Positions 26,800-40,785 of a DNA stretch of 64,000 nucleotides are shown piece by piece (position 1 is the first letter of the stretch; each line of letters starts with the position of its first letter). The stretch lies in contig OX597838.1 of NCBI GenBank assembly GCA_951406725.2, positions 32,054,001-32,118,000 on the forward strand. Direction: 5' to 3'. The position numbers and the translations under genes are program-made. Source of the stretch: Octopus vulgaris (taxonomy: Eukaryota). Under the pieces are notes generated by a model, which worked only from the letters and a program-made list of their open reading frames with translations, did not search any database and had not been told where the DNA came from.

Positions 26800-27914
26800 C
26801 CCTCTCTCTCTCTCTCTTTCGGAGAGGCACTGAGCACCTACACGCACACATACACACACGGCAGTAACTTCCACCTACCGAATTCAATCACAAAGCTTCG
26901 GTCGACTCGGGGCTATAGTAGAAGACACCTGCTCAAAGTGCCACTCGGTGGGACTGAACCCGAAACCATGTAGCTAGGAAGCAAGCTCCCTAACCACACA
27001 GCCATGCCCGTGCATATATATATATATATATAGACCTACTCACTTAGCCAGCAGAATGGTATTGTTTGAAAGCTAAAACAATGTGAAGCGTATTGTGACC
27101 AGTGATGTATAACAACAGCCGATAGTCTGGTTTGATACCGTGATAAATGCTTTGATCATTTAAATCAGACTCCTTTTTTTTTCTCTCTCCTAACCAATCC
27201 ATCCTGTAGAGGAGCATAGGCTCAAAACATTAAAGGCTTTTATTTTTCTTCAGCATCAAACTAATTCACCCTGTTTTTGTTCCTTCACTGTGTCTTGGTG
27301 TTTTTTCGTATTTTTGGACCATGGATGTATAAGTGGCTGTGTGATAAGAAGCCTGCTTCCCAACCACATGGTTCCTGGTTCAGACTCACTGCATGGTACC
27401 TTAGGCAAGCGTCTTCTATTAAAGCCTCAGGCCGACCAAAGCCTTGTGAATTGATTTGGTAGACAGAAACTGAAAGAAGCCCATTGTATATATGTGTGTA
27501 TATGTTGTTCTACTTGTCCTGTTGTTTATTGTTTTTAATTTTATTTGTATTTTTACTGTCTTGTATTATTTTTACTGTCCTGTTTTTGTTACCACTTTTA
27601 CCCCTCCGCAAAAAATCTCAAATTATTTGTGGGAAGGACCGTTTCATCGAAGTCGTGTCTCGCCTTTACCTTCGAAACACGGAGTAGACGAAACAGAGGC
27701 GGCTGAAGAAGGGGAATTTTCTTTGTGTTGTATGTCTTGTGCCCTGTTTTTTCGTTGTTTAAAAAAATGTCTGTTTCCATGGTTCTGTTTTTATGTTTTC
27801 GGTTCTCATTGTGTTCGACGTTTTTTTGGTGTCCTGTATATACATGTATGTATTCATATAGATGTAGATACGTACATATATGTATGTATATATGCATATG
27901 TTTTATTATTTTGT

Positions 27915-27959
<45 letters not shown>

Positions 27960-28267
27960 TGTGTTTGTCCCCCACCATTGCTTGACATCCGATGTTGGCG
28001 TATTTATGTCGATGTAACTTAGCGTTTCAGCAAAAGAGACCGATAGAATAAGTACCATGCTTACAAAGAATAAGTTTGGGGTTAATTTGTTCCACTAAAA
28101 CCCTTTAAGGCAATGCTCCAGCATGGCCGCAATCAAATGGCTGAAACCAGTAAAAGAATAAATATTTATATGTATCTATGTATGTATGTTTGTGCATGTG
28201 TGTGTAAACATCATATATACATATACATATAATATTGTATATTATATGCACTCCACTAGCACGGATG

Positions 28268-28316
<49 letters not shown>

Positions 28317-28978
28317 ATATATACAATAGTTCACCACATTGCTACCTTAATATTGTATACATGTATATAGAGACAGACAGACAGTGCAATCACATCAAAT
28401 CTGTATATACCACCTTCATGTCTCCAGGCACCTATAATGCAAAATTGCGCCGACATTCCCCATCTCCCAGTCATCTCCCCCCCCCCACCTCCTTCCTGTG
28501 TTGGAAACCACCACTTCCACCACCACGACCATTTTAATCATTGAAATTATCAAAGACAATCATTAGAATTGGCAAGTCAGTGATTATCAGCTTTGGCACA
28601 ACTCATACTGGAATTATTAACAAACAAAAGCCACGTCTGTGCTGGAGATGCCCGGGGGGAGGGGGGCAGGGGGTAGGAAGGACAAATGCTGCAGGCTGGA
28701 CCCACCAGCTTTTATGGGAAATGAAAATGTTGCAAGAAGAAAAGCCAATTTCCATTGATTTGATTTCCAGATGTTACAGACTGAATATTACCGATATCCA
28801 TCTTGTGAGTCATGGTTGGCTGTGCTTGGATTCCTGGAAGAGAGAACCGAAAGCATTCAAGATGGGTGTTAAGAGTTTATGTTGTGAGAGAGAAATAAAC
28901 AAGAAATTTGCTGGAGCAATAAAAGGAAGCCTCAAATTAGGTTAAATGATTATCTATCTATCTATATGTGTGCATGTA

Positions 28979-29026
<48 letters not shown>

Positions 29027-29885
29027 TATGTATGTATATATATGTCTATATATATATATGTTTATGTATGTATATATATGTCTATATATATATGTTTATG
29101 TATGTATATATATGTCTATATATATATATGTTTATGTATGTATATATATGTTTATGTATGTATATATATGTCTATATATATGTTTATATATGTATATATA
29201 TGTCTATATATATATATATATATATATATTTATGTATGTATATATATATGCATGTATATATATATATATATATGTATGGATGGATATATATCATCATCAT
29301 CATCATCGTTTCATGTCCACTTTCCATACTAGCATGGGTTGGACGAATGACTGTGGGCTGGCGAACCAAATGGCTGCACCAGGCTCCAGTCTTGATCTGG
29401 CAGTGTTTCTACAGCTGGATGCCCTTCCTAACGCCAACCACTCCGAGAGTGTAGTGGGTGCTTTTTACATGGCACCGGCACGGGGTCCAGTCGGGCGGTA
29501 CTGGCAATGGCCATGCTCAAATGGTACTTTTTATGTGCCACTTGCACAGGAGCCAGTCCAGCGGCACTGGCAACGACCTCGCTCGGATGTTTTTTCACAT
29601 GCCTCCAGCACAAGTGCCAGTAAAGCAATGCAGGTAACGCTCATGCTCGAATGGTACTTTTTGCGTGCCACCGGCACGGAAGTTACTTTGTTGCTCTGGC
29701 AACAATCACGCTCGGATGGTACTCTTAGCACTCCACTAGCACGGATGTATATCTATATATATATATATATATGTATGTATATATATATATATATGTATGT
29801 ATATATATATATATATATGTATGTATATATGTATGTATGTATATATATATGTATGTATGTATATATATATATATATATATGTATG

Positions 29886-29916
<31 letters not shown>

Positions 29917-30908
29917 GTATATATATATATATGTATGTATATATATATATATACAATAGTTCACCACATTGCTACCTTAAGTTACCTTTTATATATATAT
30001 GCACACATGTATATAAATGCATACATGTGTGTATAGAGACATGCCTATATACAACCATGTATGCATACATGAATCCATGTATATGTACATGTACACCTGC
30101 ATACCTACAAACATACACACACTCGTATGTACTCATACATATATACATATATATATATATCTTCTGGGACTGAAGACCCCCACATCCCATATATCATATC
30201 TCATCTCAGGTCACCCCTTTAAAGTCCCAGAATCCTGGACAAACTCTCCTACTGGGAATTGAACCAACTCCCAAGGGGTATGTAGCTGTTGTTCTTTCTC
30301 ACTCAAACATTAAATTTACAAACAACTTTGTGTTAATTAAAAGGGACAAATGATTAAAAATTAGGATTGGATGTGGCACAGGGTCCCGAGTGATTTTTTT
30401 TGCAGCTGGTGCTAAAGTTTGGCTTCAAAATTGCAGTTTAAGTGCAGCTGGTGCTGATGCTGCGACCCCCTACAATGAAATCAAAATTCTACCCCTCCCC
30501 TCAAAATTTCAGGCCTCATGCCTCCAGAAGAAAAGATTATTATTATTCTCATTAAGGTAATGAGCTGACAGAAATATGATTAACATGACCATCACTACTG
30601 ATGATGGTGGTGGTGGTAGTGGTGGTGATGGTGGTGGTAGATTATTTTGGCATTGATAGTGGTTGTGTTGTTAGTGATGATGATGATGATGATGATTACG
30701 ACCATGATGGTGGTGGTTGTTTTTTTTTTTAATATTTTTATTGTTTTTGTCTGAGTTTAAATTCCGCCAAGGTTGACTTAGCCTTTCATCCTGTCAAAGT
30801 TGATGAAATGAGTACGAATTGAATGCTGGAGTCCTTGTAATCAACTAGCCCCTCCCCTTCCAAAAACTGCTGGCCTTGTGCCTATAATGGAAAGGAATAT
30901 CATTATTA

Positions 30909-30960
<52 letters not shown>

Positions 30961-31632
30961 AGGTGAGCTGGCTGAAATGTTAACATGCTGGGCAAAAAAT
31001 GCTTAGCAGCATTTTGTCCATCTTTACGTTCTGAGTTCAAATTTTGCCAAGGTCAACTTTGCCTTCCATCTTTTCAGGGTCGATATATTAAGTACCAGTG
31101 AAACACTGGGGTCGATGTAATTGAACTAGTCCCCTCCTCCAAAATTTCAGGCCTTGTGCCTGTAATAGAAAGGATTGTTGTTGTTGTTGTTGTTTGGGTG
31201 TCAGAAAAAAATGCTATGTGGTATTTCTTCCAGCTGGTGGCATTCTGAGTTCAAACCCCACTGAAGTCAACTTTGACTTTCCTCATTTCAGGGTCAACAA
31301 AATAAAGTACCAGCCAGAAGTGGTATTGTTGACCTTGTGCCAAAATGGGCAACATCATTATTATTATTATTATTATTATTGTTATTATTATTATTATTAT
31401 TATTAAAGTGGTGAGGTGGCAGAATTGTTAGCACCCCAGGCAGAATGCTTAGTGGCATTTTGTCTGTCTTTATGTTCTGAGTTCAAATTCCACTGAGGTC
31501 GACTTTGCCTTTCATCCTTTTGGGGCTTGAATAAAATAAGTACCAGTTGAGTGCTGGGGGGCCAATGTATTTGACTAGCCCTCCCCACCCTGAAAATTGC
31601 AGGCCTTGTGCCTATAGTAGAAAAGATTATTA

Positions 31633-31665
<33 letters not shown>

Positions 31666-32603
31666 GATGCAGTTGTTGAATGGTTGAAGTGTCATGTTCC
31701 TAATTCCAAGTGCGTGAGTTCACCTCCCACTCCTGCTGCTTGTGAACTTGAACTGTGACCTTGAGTAAAGCACTTTAACGTAAGGAGCAATTGAAGACAA
31801 AAACAATAAAAATATATTTAAAAAAAACCCACTACCATCATAATCATCATCATCATCATCATCACCATCACTAACTACACAACTTCCATGCCAACCACTA
31901 TCAATATTGTGCCATAATCACGACCACCACCATTACGACTATCAATGCCAAAATCATCTACCCCCACCACCACCCCCATCATCAGTAGTGATGGTCATGT
32001 TAATCATATTTTGCTTGTTTATCATTACTATTGTTATAGTTATCCAATGCATTAATTTCCCCATACACACAACTTGTGTGCATTTGCATGTATGTATACA
32101 TATATATATATGAATCAATGTATCTATATATATATGTACAAATGTGTATATATGCATATGTGTTTATATGTATATACACACATATATGTGTCAGTCTATA
32201 TACATGAATATATATATACACATATATATTTGTGTATATATGTATGAATATATATTTATATATATATATATATACACACACACGTGTGTGTGTGGTGCAA
32301 CCAGACAAGCAGTACCATGGGGATTTTAAATGTGCCAAAACTACACTAGTAGTCTGGTCTCTGGCTGAAGAAGGGATGTCCGTATTTATTTTTCCTTTGC
32401 TCTTTTCTCTTCTCCATGTTCCATTTTAATTTTTCATTAATATATACATACACACACACACACGTGTGTGTATGTGTATATAAAATGTTGAAATAAGACT
32501 GGTATTTTAAGGCAAGTTTAATAATAATAATAATAATAATGATAATGGACCCTTTGCTGACTGTATGACTTTCTACTGAGGGTAGTCAGATTTATTTCTG
32601 ACT

Positions 32604-32637
32604 TGTATATATATATATATATACACATACAGACTTG

Positions 32638-32687
<50 letters not shown>

Positions 32688-32926
32688 CATATATATATAT
32701 ATACATACATACATATATATATACATACATACATATATATATACATATACATACATACATATATATATACATACATACATATATAGATACATATATAGAT
32801 ACATACATACATACATATATATAGATACATACATATATATATATAGATACATACATATATATATATATACATACATATATATATATATACATATATATAT
32901 ATACATACATATATATATATACATAC

Positions 32927-32989
<63 letters not shown>

Positions 32990-33095
32990 CATATATATAT
33001 ATATATATAATACATATATATATATATATACATACATATATATATATATATACATACATATATATATATATACATACATATATATATATATATAC

Positions 33096-33128
<33 letters not shown>

Positions 33129-33274
33129 TGTATATATATGTATATATATGTATATGTATATATATGTATATGTATATATATATGTATATATACATATATG
33201 TATATATACATATATGTATATATATATATGTATATATACATATATGTATATATATATGTATATATACATATATG

Positions 33275-33323
<49 letters not shown>

Positions 33324-33360
33324 ATGTGCATGTCTGTATATATGTGTGTGTATATATGTG
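32604..33360. repeat. Long (TA)n/(TACA)n/(TATG)n tract; similar tracts at 22715-22890, 28970-29290, 29745-29955 and 58024-58335
   Basis: Direct inspection. Confidence 0.95.
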
Positions 33361-33879
33361 TTTGTGTTTGACAGAGCACCACCTCTTGCCAAACACCAGT
33401 GTTACGTGAAGACGTTAGTTTAACCAGTTTGGTGAAATATATCTTGGAGGGGGGGGGGCGGTTACTGAGGCCTACGAAATATGTCTTAGGTCGGTGCTCC
33501 AGCATGGCCCCCCACAACCCAGCGACTAGAGAATCAGTAAAGGAAAAGAAATCGGAGAGTATATCGTAGAAACTCGCAGACAGGTGTTGCTCCCTAATTA
33601 GAACTACCACCACCACCACCACATCAACCACCACTGGCACCACCATCAACCATTACCAACATCATATTTACATCAACCATCACCATCAGTTACTAACCAT
33701 CAGATATCAATAATCAGTATTGACCAGTTAACGTGCCACATCATGTCAATGCCCCCTCCCCCCTCGTCTCTCTCTCTCTCTCTCTTTTTCCACGTACAGA
33801 CACACACACACACACACACATATCTGTGGCTTCCGTTGATTCTCTCTCTTTCTCCCTCAGTCTACTGTCTCTTTCTCTT

Positions 33880-34280
33880 CTCTTCCTTCAGTCTATAGTT
33901 TCTTTCTCTCTCTCTCTCCCTCTCTCTCTCTCTCTCCCCTTCAGTCTGTAGTCTCTCTCCCTTTCTCTCTCTCTCTCTCTCTCCCCTTCAGTCTGTAGTC
34001 TCTCTCCCTCCCTTTCTCTCTCTCTCTCTCCCCTTCAGTCTGTAGTCTCTCTCCCTCCCTTTCTCTCTCTCTCTCTCCCTTTCTCTCTCTCTCTCTCCCC
34101 TTCAGTCTGTAGTCTCTCCCTCCCTCCCTCCCTTTCTCTCTCTCTCTCTCTCCCCTTCAGTCTGTAGTCTCTCTCCCTCCCTTTCTCTCCCTCTCTCTTT
34201 CTCCCCTTCAGCCTGTAGTCTCTCTCCCTCCCTTTCTCTCTCTCTCTCTCCCCTTCAATCTGTAGTCTCTCTCCCTCCCA
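33880..34280. repeat. Polypyrimidine minisatellite of ~45 bp
   Basis: Repeated CCCTTCAGTCTGTAGTCTCTCTCCCTCCCTT + (CT)n. Confidence 0.85.
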
Positions 34281-35341
34281 CTCAGTTTATCATCTCTCTT
34301 CCTATTTCTCTCCTCTCTCTCTTTCTTCTCCCCTCTCTCTCTTTCTTCTCCTCTCTCTTTCTCTCCCCCTCTCTCTTTCTCCCCCTTTCTCCCCCCCTCT
34401 CTCTCTATTGATTTTAACCAGTTTTACTGATAATTGCACAACTGCTGTAAATATCTGCTTGTTGCAGCTAATGTTCTGTGTTGCACATTAAGTGGTGGTG
34501 GTGGTGGTGGTTGCACAGTGGAGGGGGTGCATCTGATAGTGCAGTGATCATTTTAACCTAGTTATCTATTTATAGATGTAACTGTTGTTGTTGTCGTCAG
34601 TAGTGGTGGTCGTGGTGGTGGTGGGGACCAGCTACTAGATTAAATACACGAGACTCCTCAGTTTGCCTGGCTGTAAACAGGTGCCATCTGTAGCCGAAAT
34701 TCACTACTGTAAACAGTGGGAGCACTGTGAAGTCATGCATTAGGTTACTGGGTTGCAGTAGGCCTGGCTTACCATTTGAAATATCCATTCCCTAATTCTC
34801 TTACAGACAATGTAATTCTGTTAATCCTAACCCTCGCTGCTTACTACTAACACTGTAACTACTTTTACTATGACTTATCACTAATCTAGTTGTTTAACCC
34901 TGTCGTCATTGTATTAACCCATTTTACTGTCTACAACTGCTGACAGCTAACTTTACAAAAAAAGCTATTTCTGTTGTTATCCCTTTTTTGTTTTTTTTCC
35001 AATATGTTAACCCAATTTCCAACACATATACCTTTTTGTTTTTGTCAATGTGTTGACCCAGTTTCCAACAGATTTGAGCTATTTTTTTTGCCAATGTTAA
35101 CATGTTAACCCTGCTTCTAACCGTGACCCATTTTATTTTGTCAATGTTTTATCCCATTTTCAATGCATTTATCTACATTTTTCAGTCTGTTAACCGTTTC
35201 AAATGCATTTGCCTATATTTTGTCAGTAAGTTAACCCGGTTTCCAATGCCTTTACCTATATTTTACCAATGTGTTTACCCTGCTTCCATTGAATTGAACT
35301 ATATTTTGTCAGTATATTAACCCTGTTTCCCATGCATTTAC

Positions 35342-35700
35342 CTATATTTTCTCTGTCTGTTGACCCTGTTTCAAATGTATTTGCCTATATTTTCTCTGTC
35401 TGTTGACCCTGTTTCAAATGCATTTGCCTATATTTTCTCTGTCTGTTGACCCTGTTTCAAATGCATTTGCCTATATTTTCTCTGTCTGTTGACCCTGTTT
35501 CAAATGCATTTGCCTATATTTTCTCTGTCTGCTGACCCTGTTTAAAATGCATTTGCCTATATTTTCTCTGTCTGTTGACCCTGTTTCAAATGCATTTGCA
35601 CTACTGGAGGGGGTTTTCTCTGTCTGTTGACCCTGTTTCAAATGCATTTGCCTATATTTTCTCTGTCTGTTGACCCTGTTTCAAATGTATTTACCTATAT
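35342..35700. repeat. 43-bp minisatellite (~8 homogeneous units; diverged units extend back to ~34960)
   Basis: Unit CTATATTTTCTCTGTCTGTTGACCCTGTTTCAAATGCATTTGC. Confidence 0.92.
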
Positions 35701-36081
35701 TTTTTTGCCGATATGTTATCCCAGGCTCCAGTTTATTGTCTATATTTTCTCAATATGTTCCCCTTTTCCTAAGTAAAAGAAGAAATGGGGAAACCGGGGA
35801 AATCACAGAGTAACAAAGAGAGGTTTTCCCCCATTTAAATTGACAATTAAGATGTTTGCCCTAATGCCAAATCAAAAATAGGAGAGGCTGGAAATAAAAA
35901 AAAAAAAAAGAAAAACTCATTATTATACGAATATTTTTCTGTGACGTTACCATGGAAATTGTTATTTTATATCAAAACGGAAACGGAAAACAAGAACTGT
36001 TTTACAAATGTATCTACCTATCCATCTGTCTGTCTGTTTGTCCCTATTGCTATCTATCTATATCTATACACCACACACACA

Positions 36082-36162
<81 letters not shown>

Positions 36163-36452
36163 GTATGTAGTTACATGTTTATATTAACAAAAACTCAGTA
36201 AATTCAAAATTTTTTTTTTTTTTGCTGCAGTTTCATCTCCCGGGTTATTTTAAAAACGTTACCAGAGGAGCTTGTTACAATATTGTTGATATAAACAAAT
36301 ATACCATTTGGTCGGCAGGGGGTGGGGTGGGGTGGAAGCTAGTGTGAGGGAAACAAATGTTAAAGGCATGCAATATCTGGAGTGGGGTGGGCAATACTTA
36401 AAAAATAATAAAAAGAAACAAATACATCTTTTGAAATAGAATTGTGTTTTTA

Positions 36453-38021
36453 GCTTCTCTGGGATACCGTCCGCCTGCATTATGCACCACAGGGCCTCCC
36501 GATCTGCCAAATCAAAGGCAGCAGTGAAGTCGATGAAGCATAGAACAGTAGGCTGCTAGTACACTCACCGTTGTTCCAGAACACGCCGGAGGTTGAAGAT
36601 TTGATTGACACACCTTCTTCCCAGACGAAAGCCACCCTGAAAAGGTTGGGTACGGACGGTCTGGAACCTCTTCAGCAGAAGAATTGCGAAGGATTTGGCA
36701 GCAACATCGATAAGGCTGATGCCCCTATAGTTTGAGCACAGCTTTTTGTCGCCTTTTTTGAAGAACGGCAGGAGGGTTGCATCACTCTAGTCCTCAGGGA
36801 AACGCTCTGTCGCCCACACCGCGGAGAAGACTCGATGGAGCCAGGATGCGAAGACATCTGGCTCAGCTTTGTACACCTCTGCTGGAATACCATCTTCGCC
36901 TGGCGCTTTGTTGTTCCGGAGATGGGTCAGGACACCACGTACCTCCTCGACCGTTAGACAGGCAGTGCTGCAACCGTAGTCGTTCCCAGTTGGCTGCACA
37001 AAGGTTTGTGAAGATGGTGGTGGATGGTTGAGCAGCTTGGAGAAGTGGTCCCGCCATCGATCCAGCCGGTCACTAAGATTCGTAATGACCGCACCAGTCT
37101 GATCACAGACCATCTCACTGATACCCGTATTGCCTCGGCTAACCTGTTTCACCAGCTGGTAGAGTTTGCACGAGTCACCACAGGCTGCTGCCCCTTCCGT
37201 CCACTCTGCGAATGCATGCCAGTGTGCATTCTGATTGGCACGGATGGCCCTCGAGGCACGTCGTCGCAGATCTCGAAAATTTGGTGCTCCCTCCAGTCGA
37301 GCCACTCTCGCCCTCTCAGCGAGTTCAAGAGTGTCACAGGAGATCTAGTCCTGATGGCACCGTCTGGTGGACTCAAGATGCTTCCTGGCCACCTCAGTCA
37401 TCGCCGTCTTGAGTGCACTTCATTCCTGCTGCGGTTGTTGAACCAACTCGTCGCCAAGCGCTAGGAATCGGTTTCTGAGCTCAAGCCGAAAATGGTTCCC
37501 AGCCTCGAGTTTGAGACGCGAGACATCGATCCTCTTCTGACACGTAGGAGGAGGTCTCGCCTGCAGCCTGAGCTGGAAGTCTTCGACAATGACTGCCTCC
37601 GGTGCATTCTTCGCTGCCGTCGGGTGGATCGAGTTCCCACTGCCAATCTCCGACTTCGCCTGTCTCTGCAGCCCCTTCCATCTGTCCTTCTGCAATGGCA
37701 CTTGCGGTGGTTTGGCCATGCATGTAGGTGTCCGGTGGGTGAACTGAGCCGTGATGTCCTTCTCCCAACTCCACTTCCCAACTGGCGGAAACACGCGGGC
37801 GGGCAGCTGAAGACCTGGGTTACGACGATCAAGGAGGACCTCTCTGTGCTCATGGGACCACAGGTGGTTGGCCTGCGCTGATGGAACCATGACTGGCTCA
37901 CTATCCCCAGTGAACTGGCGCAGGACCATCATGCGTGGGCTGCCACAGTTCGAGATGCCTCGAGGGTGGTAGAAGAAGCCGACTCAACCCGCCCAGGGTG
38001 AATGTCGCCACAAGTACAAGT
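36453..38021. mobile_element. RTE-clade LINE with 5' inversion (- strand 36453-~37555; + strand ~37560-38021)
   Basis: Minus: RIDVSRLK..LELRNRFLAL, NKAPGEDGIPAE, NYRGISLIDV, FIDFTAAFD, GIPEKL. Plus: LEVFDNDCLRCIL..LRWFGH with a CAAGTA tail. 13-bp TSD AATTGTGTTTTTA at 36440-36452 and 38022-38034. Confidence 0.92.
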
Positions 38022-38805
38022 AATTGTGTTTTTAAACTTTTTGATAATAGTAAAATAAGATGAATAAGCATTAAGTGGAATTTTAATTATTTTTGTTCTA
38101 ATAATTTAAAGAAAGAAATATTGAAATAAAGATGTGGGGGTGGGGATCTTTTTTTTGTATAAAGTAAGGTAAATTTTTTATTAAAATAATTATATTTTGA
38201 TAGGATATTCACCTTACTTTAAATAGATTGAAATTGTATGAATGCAGCTCAATGCCCACTTTGGGCCAAAATGAACCCCCTTAAAGTATTATTTACTGAG
38301 CTATGATCAATACTGACACTGTTTTAAAATCATAAATTGGACTGACATCAGTATCTTTCAAAACACAAAATTCCCAACATATCCATTCATTGCGAAAGCA
38401 CTTAAGAACCAATTATCACAAGTATATGAAGTTTGACGTCCAATGATGTGTTTCTTACCATAAAGTTTGAACCAAGTGATGTAACTAACCAACTGTATTG
38501 TCATTCCAACAAGCCAAGCACGTTATGTACTTCAAAAGCATTTGAAACAGTGATTTCAAGAGCTCTACTCTTGAAGAACCAGTTAGGACTGGTTTCAAGT
38601 TGTTTGCTTAGAAGGTACCAAATGCTAAAGATTTTCAAACTATTTGTCAGATAATTTTATACACCAAAATATAGGAGTAGCTTCTTTGTTGATTGAAGAA
38701 TATAGACAGTACTCAGAGTATTTTTCTTAGAATTTATTGCACCAAGTGAACTAAGAGTCACTTCAGCCAGAATGGCAGCCATGACACTTAGCTAATTCCT
38801 TAGAA

Positions 38806-39094
38806 CAGTGGTTCTCAACTCGTTTTTCTTTTCTATGGACCCCCTTTGATTCCTATTCTATTCTACTGAACCCCCCACCCCACCCCAAAGCCATTTGCTG
38901 TATATGAAGAAAATCCCGTTATTATTTTTCTAATTAATTATCATTAGGAATTATATATATATAAAAAAAACAGATTAAAATATTTTGTGTATTGTAGGAA
39001 GATAAGAAATTTATTGCAGATAAATTTTATATGGACCCCACCCCACCCCACCCCGCTACAAGAGTCATAGAAAAACCCTGGTTGAGAATCATTG
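38806..39094. mobile_element. hAT MITE
   Basis: TIR CAGTGGTTCTCAAC/GTTGAGAATCATTG; TSD CCTTAGAA/CCTTAGCA. Confidence 0.8.
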
Positions 39095-39135
39095 CCTTAG
39101 CATGCATTAATTAATCTTATATTCCAGATCTTTAA

Positions 39136-39356
39136 CCCTTTCGTTACCAACCCGGCTGAAACCGGCTCTGGCCCTGTAGTACAAATGTCTTGTTTTCATA
39201 AGTTTTGAATTAAAATCTTCCACCAAACCTTAGTCACAATTTATGCTCCTAACACTAGCTGAATGATAACTAAGTTATTTTACTAAATTCCTTGTTATAT
39301 TTAAAATAATTGAGAGAAACACAGAGCATCTCAACAGAAATATGGTAACGAAAGGG
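39136..39356. mobile_element. piggyBac-type MITE
   Basis: Perfect TIR CCCTTTCGTTACCA/TGGTAACGAAAGGG with TTAA on both sides. Confidence 0.9.
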
Positions 39357-40234
39357 TTAATATGCCATTCACCTTACCTTATGTAAAACAAAATTTTACT
39401 AGACAGAGGCTGTTTTAGTGTCTCTTTCCTTACCATTCCCAAACTGTGTACATTCTGACAAACGCTTGCTATTTCCTGATAACCCAACTCATGAAACTGA
39501 AGTCAGCTCATCTTCCTTTCTTTGTTTAGTTTCATCATATATTTGAGATTTTTCAACTGGCGGTATTGAGTACGTTGTAAATACTGTTCATTGTACTTTG
39601 TACTCTATGTGTAACTGACTTTTTTTAAAAATATGTTTGTGTGTGTGTGTGCATGTCCATATGTTTGCGTATGTGTGTGTGGACAATCAGTTATTTTTCC
39701 ACACAATAAAAAATATCTCTATAAAAGAAATAAATATCTATTAAAATGTATTATTTTTCAGTAATAAAGACTATGTATATATATATATACACATTTATGT
39801 GATAAAAATGGTTGAACTGTTACTGTGTTAAACCACAATTGAATAATTGTAAAGTTTTTTTTAGCATGAAACCATTGGTATTGACCTAACAGCACTCAAC
39901 TTATATATATATATATATATATATATATGCTACATGGCAGTGAAACATGGGCTGTGACAGCTGAGGACATGCATAGGCTTGAGAGAAATGGCACTTAAAA
40001 AAGACAGCATTTGAGCGTGGCCGTTGCCAGTAGTGCCTGACTGGCCCCCGTGCCAGTGGCACGTAAAAAGCACCCACTACACTCTCAGAGTGGTTGGCGT
40101 TAGGAAGGGCATCCAGCTGTAGAAACTTTGCCAGATCAAGATTGAAGCCTGGTGCAGCCATCTGGTTTGCCAGTCCTCAGTGAAATTGTCCAACCCATGC
40201 TAGCATGGGTTGGACAATTAAATGATGATGTATT

Positions 40235-40269
<35 letters not shown>

Positions 40270-40435
40270 GTATGTATTATATATATGTATATATATGCAT
40301 GTATTATATTATGTATATATATGTATGTATTATATATGTATATATATATATGTATGTATTATATATGTATATATATATATATTATTAGTGAATTGAAGAA
40401 ATGGAGTTGAACGAAGATTGAACAGAAATCGTTTT

Positions 40436-40526
40436 ATTTCATTCTACACGTGTTTCGAAAGGCACAATTTACCAAATTCCGATTGAATAATGAGACCATA
40501 TTGTGTCTTTCTCTTCAGGAAGAAAT
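40436..40526 (-). ncRNA. Minimal type-I hammerhead ribozyme, mirror copy in the left palindrome arm
   Basis: Reverse complement of 40695-40785 with one difference in loop II; core intact. Confidence 0.85.
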
Positions 40527-40694
40527 AGAAATCCGTTGGAAAAAACAAAAACAGAACAGAGGCGGAGCAAAACAAATCGAACTAGGCTCCTAAGAGCCCA
40601 TGGCCGAACTGTTTGGCCATGGGCTCTTAGGAGCCTAGTTCGATTTGTTTTGCTCCGCCTCTGTTCTGTTTTTGTTTTTTCCAACGGATTTCCT

Positions 40695-40785
40695 ATTTCT
40701 TCCTGAAGAGAAAGACACAATATGGTCTCATTATTCAATCGGGATTTGGTAAATTGTGCCTTTCGAAACACGTGTAGAATGAAAT
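40695..40785 (+). ncRNA. Minimal type-I hammerhead ribozyme, intact core
   Basis: Stem I AUUUCUUC/GAA(U)GAAAU. CUGAAGA at 40703-40709. Stem II GAAAGACACAAU/AUUGUGCCUUUC (11 of 12 bp). GAAA at 40765-40768. Stem III C-ACGU-G (palindromic). GUA triplet, with predicted cut after 40776. Confidence 0.85.

Noticed and set aside
27640-27720. GAAG..CTTCGAAAC and CTGAAGAAG as a hammerhead
   Set aside because: No CUGANGA precedes the stem, and the downstream CUGAAGA has no matching stem II-GAAA.
28660-28700. Minus-strand AAFVLP matching SRM
   Set aside because: Surrounding residues do not align and there are no suitable splice sites.
28946-33649. Long YI/CV-rich ORFs of up to 401 aa
   Set aside because: Artefacts of (TA)n/(TG)n tracts.
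40469-40771. Near-identical peptides on both strands (NPLEKTKTEQ...)
   Set aside because: A consequence of the DNA palindrome, not evidence of coding.
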